DNA of 64,000 bases from an uncultured Spirochaetota bacterium (GTDB lineage: Bacteria > Spirochaetota > Spirochaetia > SZUA-6 > Fen-1364), in assembly GCA_963734545.1 (NCBI GenBank), contig CAVTHO010000008.1, positions 1-64,000 on the forward strand. Direction: 5' to 3'. This document shows, piece after piece, positions 55,494 to 64,000 of this stretch. Each line of letters begins with the position of its first letter. Within the stretch, counting starts at the first letter, position 1. The notes below the pieces were generated by a model. That model saw nothing but the letters and a program-made list of their open reading frames with translations. It searched no databases and was not told the origin of the DNA. Position numbers and translations under genes: made by a program.

Positions 55494-55592
55494 CCGGTCC
55501 CCGGCCCATAGCCATGGACGACGTTCGCGTCGAACGGGTACTCCCGTATGGCGAGGGCGGCCGAGGCCATGGATGGCCCGACAGGCCGCCCC

Positions 55593-57574
55593 CTACTTCC
55601 AGTCCCGGATCCTCTTCTCCAGCGCAGCGGCAGTGATGCCGAGGTGCTCCGCGATCTTCTGGTACGGCCCTGACTCGCCGAACCTGTCGATGCCCACGAC
55701 GAGCGTGTCATCGTCAAATGGCCCCTTCCAGCCCGGGTCACGCCCGCCTCGAAGACGACCTTCTTCGCCCCCGGCGGAACGAGCGACAAGCGGAAGTCCT
55801 GGCAGGCTGCGCGGTGAAGAGCTCGCGGGAGATCATGGATACCACGCGCACCTTGCGGTCTGACAAGCGCGGCGGCTGCCTGCAGGGCGACGGAGACTTC
55901 GGAGCCGGTGGCGACGATCACGATATCCGGTGTCCCGTCGCAGTCCTTCGCGATGTACGCTCCCTGCCGGATGGTCTTCCGCCACTCGGAATCCGCCTTG
56001 GCGTAGACGACGATTCCCTGCCGCGTGAGAGCGAGCGCGGTCGGACCGTCCTTCCGCTCGAACGCCATTCGCCATGCCATCTCGGTCTCCTCGGCGTCAC
56101 CGGGGCGCAGGAGAAGGAGGTTGGGAATGGCACGCAGCGCGGCCAGGTGCTCCACCGGCTCGTGCGTGGGTCCGTCCTCTCCCACAAAGACCGAGTCGTG
56201 AGTGAAAATGTAGATCACGGGCAGCTTCGCAATCGCAGCCAGGCGGATGGACGGGCGCATGTAGTCCGAGAAGACCATGAAGGTGGCGCAGAAGGGGCGC
56301 AGCCCTCCGTGGTAAGCGATGCCGTTGCAGATGCCGCCCATGCCGTGCTCGCGGATCCCGAAGTGGAAGTTTCTCCCCTGCGGGTTCGCCTTGTTGAAAT
56401 CCCCCATGTCCTTGAGGTTGGTGTTGTTGGAGGGGGCGAGGTCCGCGGAACCGCCAATGAGGTTCGGCACGCCCTTCGCGATGGCATTCAGCACCTGGCC
56501 GCTCGCGGCCCGGGTTGGACGCTGTCGCCTGTCTTGAAAACCGGCATGGTGATTGCGGAGAGAGAGTAGCTCCCGTCGAAGAATTTCTCCCACTCCTTCG
56601 CTAGATCGGGGTTCTCTTTTTTCCATGATTCGAGCGTCTTCTTCCACTGCTCGTACCGGGTCTTCCAGCCGGGCTTGCTTGTCCTTGAAATAAGCCTCAG
56701 CCTCCGGAAAGACGTAGAACTGGCTGCCGTCCGGCACGCCGATCGCTTTTTTGGCGCCCGCCGCCTCTTCAGGCCCGAGCGGCTCACCGTGCGCCTTGGC
56801 GGTTCCCGCCCGTGTGGGGGCGCCCTTTCCGATCACGGACGTGAGCTGAATGATCGTCGGCTTGTCGGCGGACTTCTTCGCCTGCTCCACCATGGCCGCC
56901 ATCCCCTCGATGTCGTACATGCTGCCCGACAGGGTGTGCCAGCCGTACCCCTCGTAGCGCTTGAGCACGTTTTCCGAGAAGGCAAGCGCGGTCGAGCCCT
57001 CGATGGTGATGCTGTTGGAATCGTAGAAGACGATCAGCTTGCCCAGTCCCAGGTGGCCGGCCAGAGACGCGGCCTCCGACGCCACTCCTTCCATCATGTC
57101 CCCGTCGCTCGCCAGGACGTAGGTGAAATGGTCGATCACGGCGCGCGTCGGCGTATTGAACCTCGAGGCGAGCATGCGCTCGGCAATCGCCATGCCCACC
57201 GCATTGGAGAGGCCCTGTCCGAGCGGGCCGCCGGTTGCTTCGACGCCCGGTGTCATGCCCCACTCGGGATGCCCCGGAGTGCGGGAGCCGAGCTGGCGGA
57301 AGCTCTTGATGTCATCGAGGCTCAGGTCGTATCCGGAGAGGTGGAGGAGCGAGTACAGAAGCATGCAGCCGTGTCCTGCCGAGAGCACGAACCTGTCCCT
57401 GTTTATCCAAAGGGGGTCTGCCGGCCAGTGGTTGAGCAGCTCGCCATAGACGAGCGCGCCCAGCTCCGCGCATCCCATGGGAAGGCCCGGATGGCCGGAC
57501 TTGGCTTTTTCTACGGCGTCGATTGCCAGGGAACGTACGCTGTTGGCAACAGCGGAAAGCGCGCTCAGATTCAT
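55593..57574 (-). CDS. tkt: transketolase (frameshifted in this sequence)
   Basis: [53 protein letters not shown]. Confidence 0.95.
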
Positions 57575-58230
57575 ACCTTCCTCCATGTGACCCGTGCCCC
57601 CGTCTCGTCGATGCTGACAAGGGCGTAGCTTCCGTTCTTGAACGGACCGATATTCACACAGTGCGCTCGGCCGAGAGTGTCCTCTCCGGCGGACTCGTGG
57701 ATATGCCCGCAGATGCAAAGGTCCACGGCTCCGGCAAGGAGAAACTCCCGCACTGCCTCAGATCCTACGTGCAGGCCGGTAAAGCTTCGGTCGAGCCTGG
57801 TGCCCCGGGGAGGCGCATGAGACACGAGCACCTTGTACGGCGCCTGCGCGATGCCGGGCAGCCCTGAGGCGAGAATCCTCCCTGCCTCGAGCTCCGTTAT
57901 TTCCCACGGCGTGCCGAAAGGAGAAGGAGTTCCGCCTCCCAGGCCCATGAATCCTACACCTTCGAGCACGATTCCACGGCCGTGGATGTTGATTCCCTTT
58001 TCATCGAGACAGCGCCTCGCGCCTTCCCGGTCCATGTTCCCCCCCACGGCGACAAGGGGGATTCCCGTCGCGAGCAGCGGGGCGAGTATCGCTTCCGCCT
58101 CTGCATGGCCTCCCAGGTGGGTGAGGTCCCCTGCAACGACAACCAGGTCCAAGCCGGCCGCATCACGGAGAAGCACATCCTTCAGCCCCGCGCCCTCCCC
58201 ATGGATGTCAGCAAGGCAGAGGAGATTCAC
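57571..58230 (-). CDS. calcineurin-like metallophosphoesterase
   Basis: ADIHG, AGDLT, GGNMD, VSHAPP, CGHIHE. Confidence 0.9.
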   Translation of the reverse strand: MNLLCLADIHGEGAGLKDVLLRDAAGLDLVVVAGDLTHLGGHAEAEAILAPLLATGIPLVAVGGNMDREGARRCLDEKGINIHGRGIVLEGVGFMGLGGGTPSPFGTPWEITELEAGRILASGLPGIAQAPYKVLVSHAPPRGTRLDRSFTGLHVGSEAVREFLLAGAVDLCICGHIHESAGEDTLGRAHCVNIGPFKNGSYALVSIDETGARVTWRKV

Positions 58231-58310
58231 AAAGGCGCGCCGCCCGGAGGGCGGCATCCACGAGAGTGGTGATGTGTCCCGGTCGTGCCCATGCAGTTTC
58301 AGACGCCTGC

Positions 58311-59857
58311 CTAGTGGTGCCGCCTCCTGCGCTTCTTGTTCTTGCGGGAGCCCGAATGCCCGATGAAAGCGGTCACGTTTCCCGCGGGCGCAGGGGCAGG
58401 CTGACCGGCGGGACCCTGTTGTGCGGGCATCGGCTGTCCGGCCTCTGGTGATGGCATCCCGGGGACTGCACCGGTCAAGCCGACGGGCTCAGCGACAAGC
58501 TCCTCCGTCTCCGACTCATCATCAGCTTCGACCACGGCCTCCACCTCGACAGCCTCCATCTCCGCTGTCTTCTGCTGCACCGGTTCGGCCCCGCTCCCGA
58601 TCCCGTACTTGTCCATCTCCCGCTTCTTGCGGCGCCGGTCCATGGCCCGGGTCCACTCGAGCACGATGAATGAGGAGATGAACGTGGAGTAGGTTCCCTC
58701 GACGATACCCACGATCATGTTGAGGGAGAAGTTCTTCATGCGAGCCGCTGGTGAGCAGGAACAGCGCGATGACTGTGAGCAGGGTGGCGCCGGATGTGAT
58801 GAACGTCCGGCTCAGGGTCTGGGTGACGCTCGTATCCAGGATGGACCGCAGCGGTGTTCCCCGCATGAGGTTCTTGTTTTCGCGTACCCGGTCGAAGATG
58901 ACGATGGTGTCATTGATCGAGTAGCCGAGGATGGTCAGGATTGCCGCGATGGTCGCGGCGTCTATCTCCACCCTGAAGACCGCGTCAAACGCCAGCATGA
59001 CAAGGCGCGTCGTGCATGATCCCGATGACTGCCGCCACCGCGTAGATGGGAGGGTGGAATCGGAACATCATGTAGACGAGGATCAGCGCAACCGCGATGA
59101 GCACCAGCCAGATGGCCTGTGCAGCCGAGGCTCTGCGCCACACGGCGGCCGACGAAGTCCGTGCTCTTCAGGATGACCTGGCCGACTCCGTATTTCGCTT
59201 CCAGAACCTTTCTCAGGTTGTTCTCCGTGGTGGTCTGGAATGTCGGGTCTTCTGTCTTGGCTTCCAGCCGTGTGATGAACTCCTGGTTGACAGGCGCACC
59301 GACGACCTGGAGCTCGTGCCTGCCCCATCGGCGCGAGGGTCGCGCGCATGTCGGCGAGGTTGGTCTGCACGCCCCTGCCGGGGCCCGGGGAGAGGTTGAT
59401 GTACACGGGCATGCCCGTGATGTCCTGCGGGCCGGATCAGCGGCAGAAGCTGGGTCGGAACAGCATCCAGGCTCCCCACCGGCTGGACCGTCAGCCCGGG
59501 AACCTGTGCAACAGCGGCAGTCAGATCGCGCACGCTGGCGAAGCTCGGAGTACCGGAAGGGGTAGTCTGTCCTCGTGCCGTCCTTGGTGCTGGTGATGGT
59601 GATGATGATGTCACCGGCGGAGGTGAGGGCCTGCTCACCCGCGGGGATCGAGATCTCCGCCTTGTCGGTGCCCGTTGTACTGGACGGTGAAGCTGGCCGG
59701 CGCAACCTGGAACTGCAGCGCGATGCCCGCCTTGAAGTCGACGCCGAGGTTGAAGCCGCTGATTGACGATGTATCCGACCACGCCGATGAGAACGAGAAG
59801 GGCGGAGAAGGCGAAGAAGAAGTAGCGCGCCTTCGAGAACTGGATGACTCTCTTCAT
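58311..59857 (-). CDS. secF: protein translocase subunit SecF (frameshifted in this sequence)
   Basis: GFNLGVDFKAG and IAAILTILGYSINDTIVIFDRVREN..QTLSRTFITS. Confidence 0.9.
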
Positions 59858-61598
59858 GCGATCTTTCTCCAGGTGACCCAGGATCTTCTTGACCTTGAGC
59901 ACCTCCACGTTGAAGTCGAAGATGAGCCGGGAGACGAAGACCGCGGAGAACAGCGTCGCAAGGTTGCCGACCGCGAGGGTCACGGCGAAGCCCTGGATGC
60001 TGCCCTTGGCGAGCTGGGTCAGGACGAGTGCGGCGATGATCGTGGTGATGTTCGAGTCCGCGATGGCCAGGAACGCCCGGTCGAATCCGGACTTCACCAC
60101 GGCCTGCGTCGTCTTGCCCAGCCGCATCTCCTCCTTCATCCTCTCGAAGATCAGCACGCTCGCATCGACCGCCATGCCGACGTTGAGCACGAGACCCGCG
60201 ATTGCCGCCAGGGTGAGGGTGAAGCCGAAGACGGAAAGGATGGAGACGATGAGGTAGAGGTTGAGGATCTGGGCGATGATGGCGTTCAGACCCGCCCGGC
60301 GGTAGTACAGCAGCATGAACAGGAACACCAGGGCGAGCCCGAGCACGCTCGCCTTGATGTCCCTGGCTGATGGCGTCCTGTCCCAGGGAGGCGCCGATGG
60401 CCTGCTGGCTGATGATCTCCAGCGGCACCGGCAGCGAGCCCGTGCGCAGGGTGAGGGCGAGGTCGGTGGCTTCCTCGATCTTGAACCCGCTGACACTGCA
60501 CCTGGTCACGGATGGGCTCCTGGATGGTCGCCTGAGCCTTGACCTTGTTGTCCAGCGCAACGGCGAGCCGCTTGCCCACGTTGGCGCTGGTGAGCTTGTA
60601 GAAGGTCTCCCCGCCCGCGGAGGTCAGGATGAAGTTGACCGTCGGCTGGCCCGTGACCGGGTCCCGGCCGACCTGCGCGTTCCTGATCTCCGTCCCGTTC
60701 AGACCCGACCTCCTCGTGCAGGACCGTGTAGCCCTTCAGCTCGTCCAGGCCGTAGGAGTCCTTGTCGAAAACGCCGCGCAGCACGTCACCCTTGGGAATG
60801 ACGGCCAGCACGCCCGGTGTCCTTGACGTTTCCCGCGGCGTCCAGGAGGACGCCGGGATTGGTCGCCGCGTACTCCTTGACCTTTGCCAGGGCATCCGTC
60901 ATCCACGATGTGGAACGTGAGGGAGCCCTTGCCCATGATGAACCGGCGCACGGTCTCGGGGTCCGAGGTACCGGGGATCTCGATGATGATCTTGTCGTTC
61001 CCCTGCGTGCGGATGGAGGGATCGGTGAGACCGAACTGGTCGATCTTGTTCCGCAGCACCTCCAGCGTCGTGCTTCATCTTGTCCTCACGCTGCGGCAGG
61101 CGTTCAGCGTGGTCTTGTTCGGTCTTCTCGAAGGCGGCGTAGTCCACCTGGATGGTGACGTACATGCCGCCGCGCAGGTCCAGACCGAGCTGCATGGTCT
61201 GGTTCTTCAGGTCCTTGAGCGCGAACATCTGGTCGCGGTACCAGTCCTCCGCGTCCGCCGCGATGTCCGCGCGGCTGGTGTAGGCCTGCAGGACGTCCTG
61301 CACCGTCCACGTGGCGGGGGCGTTCTTGTTGGCGGTCTTGTAGCGCGCCGCTGGCCTTCGGGACCAGGAACGAGTACTCCGCGGGCAGCGGGATCGGCGC
61401 GCGTTCATGGCGACGAGCTTCTTGATGGCCTCGTCCGCCCGCTCCTGCGCGTACACCTTGATCTGGTTGCGCGAGCTTTCCGCCATGTCCTTGTCCGCCT
61501 GCGGCGTCAGGAAATACCACCTGATGGAGGGCCACACGAAGTAGAAGCCGACGCGCGATGACGGCAAGGATGATGAGGAACCGGTACCGCTTTTTCAT
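59854..61598 (-). CDS. secD: protein translocase subunit SecD (frameshifted in this sequence)
   Basis: LGLDLRGG, LRNKIDQFGLTDP, LRTGSLPVPL, IAGLVLNVGMAVDASVLIFERMKEE. Confidence 0.92.
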
Positions 61599-61606
61599 GA
61601 AATCTG

Positions 61607-61982
61607 TTACTCCTTGGAGTCTCCCGAATCACCCTTGCGTTCGAGGACCTGGGAGACGGCGCTCTTGGAGAACTTGAGCTTCATGTTGTCGTCGACCTTC
61701 AGCACGACCGCGTCTTCCTTCACGGATTCCACGGTGCCGTGCAAGCCGCCGATCGTGACCACCCGGTCGCCCTTCGTGATGCTCTGCAGCATCTTCTTCG
61801 CGTCCTTCTGCTTCTTGTTCTGCGGCCGGATCACCAGGAAGTAGAAGACGACGATGATGAGGCCGAAGGTCACGAGCATGGTGACAAGCTGCGTGCTGCC
61901 TCCGCCGCCCGCCGCGCCGCCCGCGCCTGACCCGTCCGGGCATGCCGAGCATCAGGGGGAGAAAATTGGATATGGCTGTCAT
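61607..61982 (-). CDS. yajC: preprotein translocase subunit YajC (one frameshift)
   Basis: VFYFLVIRPQNKKQK..GDRVVTIGGLHG. Confidence 0.92.
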
Positions 61983-62054
61983 ATGGTGTCCTTAAAATGA
62001 AGATAAATAACCGCGCAACCATAGCATGAAGCCGGAGCGAGCGTCAACAGGAGC

Positions 62055-62747
62055 CTATGCCCGCATCCGCGCCCGCCGGTTCACGTCCGCTTCTTCGATT
62101 CTGAGTATCCGTGAGACGACCCGCAGCCGGCGCGAAAAAACGGTTTCGACGCGCGAGGAGGCGTCGCGGACCTCGCGCATCCGCTCGACCAGGTATTCCA
62201 GGGCGGCTCCCGTCTTTTCGATCTCCGGCAAGGGGCATCTCGGCGAGGTCGGCGTCCGTCGCTCCCAGGTCCGGGCCGGCCAGGCGCAGGATGTTGCCGA
62301 TCTCCGCCAGGGTGTAGTTGAACGCCTGCAGGTCCTTGATGAAGGAGAGCAGGACCACGTCGCCGGGCCGGTAGAGCCGGAACCCTCCCTCGGTGCGCCG
62401 GTGCGGGCGCGATCAGCCCCTTTTCCTCCCAGAACTTGATGGTGCGGACGTTGATGCCGCTCTTGCTCGGCAAGCTCGCCGATGGTGAGGAAATCGCTGC
62501 GCGAGACGTAGCGGCCCTTCTCGTCCTTGACGGGAAGCCCGACGCTGCGCTTGATCTTCTGGATTTCGGGAAGCGCGTAGCCCAGGGAGCAGAACTTCTT
62601 GATCAGCTCCCCTTCCTCGATGGCCGACTCGGGGAACAGGTCCCCGCGGCCGGAGAGCGGAGCAAGAAGCTCGTTCTCCGTCCACTCTTCCAGCTCTCGC
62701 GGGGTGAGCCTCAGGCGCTGGAGGAGCTCTTCACGGGTCAGCTCCAC
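62055..62747 (-). CDS. MerR-family transcriptional regulator with two HTH-like segments (frameshifted)
   Basis: LTIGELA..SGINVRTIKFWEEKGLI..GGFRLY and a related N-terminal segment. Confidence 0.8.
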   Translation of the reverse strand: MELTREELLQRLRLTPRELEEWTENELLAPLSGRGDLFPESAIEEGELIKKFCSLGYALPEIQKIKRSVGLPVKDEKGRYVSRSDFLTIGELAEQERHQRPHHQVLGGKGADRARTGAPREGSGSTGPATWSCSPSSRTCRRSTTPWRRSATSCAWPARTWERRTPTSPRCPLPEIEKTGAALEYLVERMREVRDASSRVETVFSRRLRVVSRILRIEEADVNRRARMRA

Positions 62748-62757
62748 GACAGCCCCT

Positions 62758-63053
62758 TCAGACGACTGTGACCTTCTTCACTCCCTCGGGAACCCCGAAG
62801 ACGCCGAAGATCCTCTTCAGCTCCTCCACCGACGCACCGGGGTCTCGTACGCCCGTTGTAAAGGGCGAGCACCTCTTCCAGTTCCTGCGGGGTTGCCGCT
62901 GAAGATGGCCGAGCAGACGCGCCTGCTTGAAGAGTCCTGCCTCGGCGAGCTGGCGCGGGTCGAGCGCGAGCCGTACCTGCGCAGCAGCCTGCCGTCGATG
63001 ATGGCGGTGCTTCCCTCGAAACCGATGCAGAAGACGAAGTCCTCCCTGCGCAT
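62758..63053 (-). CDS. small hypothetical protein (frameshifted)
   Basis: MRREDFVFCIGFEGSTAIID..ELKRIFGVFGVPEGVKKVTVV*, collinear with its neighbours. Confidence 0.55.
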
Positions 63054-63138
63054 GCCGCAATCCTGACAGATAGGCCCGGGTTGTGCAAGCTGCGCCGACT
63101 CCGCCCTTCCGCGGTACCCCGCGGAGTTGAGCGGAAGG

Positions 63139-64000
63139 CTACGGGGCAGCGTAGGTGAAGCTCGGGTCGGTGAGGGTGAGCATCTCTTTCGCCTTCTCGG
63201 TCGCGAAAATCTTGTGGTCGGCGCTGACAAGGAGGGCATCGACGCCGAGGGTGTTCGCAAGCGCCAGGCCCCGGGACGGGCCCAGGGTGAAAAGAGTCGT
63301 GGCGATGCCGTCGGCGTCGATCGACGAGCGGGAGATCACCGTCACGGCGACAAGGCCATTGTCGACCGGATAGCCGGTGCGCGTGTCCATGATGTGATGG
63401 TATCTTTTTCCGTTCTGAATGAAAAAGTGCTCATATACCCCGGAAGTCACGACTGACTTGTCGACAACCCCGATTGTACCGAACGAGCTCCCGCGCTCGC
63501 TGTCGGGATTCTGGAGGCCGATCCGCCAGGGGCTGCCGTCGGTCTTGGCGCCCATTGCGAATATATTGCCGCCCAGGTCGATCATTGCGGATTTCACGCC
63601 GCGCGATGAGAGGATGCGGACGGTCTCATCCGCCGCGAATCCCTTCAGGACCGCGCCCGCGTCGAGCTTCATGCCCGGACGCCTCACGTAGATCGTCTTC
63701 GCGGAGTCATCCATCACCACGTCGCGCCAGTTCACCAGGCTGCGGGCCCGCGCGATGTCCGCGGGTGCCGGAATGTGCCCCTCTTCGGTGTTCATGCTCC
63801 ACACTTTCATGAGAGGCCCGACGGTCGGGTCGAAGAGGCCGTCCGAGAGCGCGGAGAGCCGAAGCGCCTTCTTGATGACGAAGTACACGTCATCCGTGAC
63901 GTGCACGGCTGTCCGGCCCGCGGCGGCGCTGACCGCGTCCAGCTCGCTCTCGGGAATATTCACGCTGAGGCGATCGTGGATCTCGTGCAGCCTGTCGAAC
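63139..64000 (-). CDS. apbE: FAD:protein FMN transferase (5' end outside the window)
   Basis: DGLFDPTVGPL, LDAGAVLKGFAAD, DLGGNI, VVTSGVYE, YHHIMDTRTGYP. Confidence 0.93.
   Translation of the reverse strand, partial: FDRLHEIHDRLSVNIPESELDAVSAAAGRTAVHVTDDVYFVIKKALRLSALSDGLFDPTVGPLMKVWSMNTEEGHIPAPADIARARSLVNWRDVVMDDSAKTIYVRRPGMKLDAGAVLKGFAADETVRILSSRGVKSAMIDLGGNIFAMGAKTDGSPWRIGLQNPDSERGSSFGTIGVVDKSVVTSGVYEHFFIQNGKRYHHIMDTRTGYPVDNGLVAVTVISRSSIDADGIATTLFTLGPSRGLALANTLGVDALLVSADHKIFATEKAKEMLTLTDPSFTYAAP

Noticed and set aside
51979-63053. Many frameshifts in thrS, the glycosyltransferase, tkt, secF, secD, yajC and merR as programmed frameshifting or genome decay
   Set aside because: These are essential or conserved genes with intact motifs and scattered 1-bp indels, which fits long-read consensus error better.

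Overview
High-GC bacterial window. The 16S signature GATGGTACACGAGGAACC and the gene content suggest Spirochaetia (inference). The left 42 kb is accessory. It holds two copies of an IS110 bridge-recombinase element whose ends, CT core, circle-junction promoter and bridge-RNA guide loops can be read directly from the sequence. It also holds a decayed 23S(3')-5S rRNA duplicate carrying four short hairpin insertions, an IS91-type transposase remnant, two hsdR 3' remnants, a ~34.4 kb gene (~11,450 aa if four 1-bp frameshifts are corrected) for a LEPRxLL/RTX/FG-GAP giant adhesin-like protein, and an MNT-HEPN toxin-antitoxin pair. The right 22 kb is core genome: an intact minus-strand 16S-tRNA-Ala-23S-5S operon, two CDP-alcohol phosphatidyltransferases, an ATP-cone uridine kinase, T-box-regulated thrS, an MGDG-synthase-like glycosyltransferase, tkt, a metallophosphoesterase, yajC-secD-secF, a MerR regulator and apbE. 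Many of these carry frameshifts that look like long-read errors. The most novel signal is a family of 26-62 bp modular hairpin mini-insertions with conserved handles (GCGGCAG..CGAGAGC; GAATG..CCG; RRTA-loop hairpins) and covarying stems. They have invaded dead genes in both orientations and also occur in rRNA spacers, the rRNA leader and the T-box leader.
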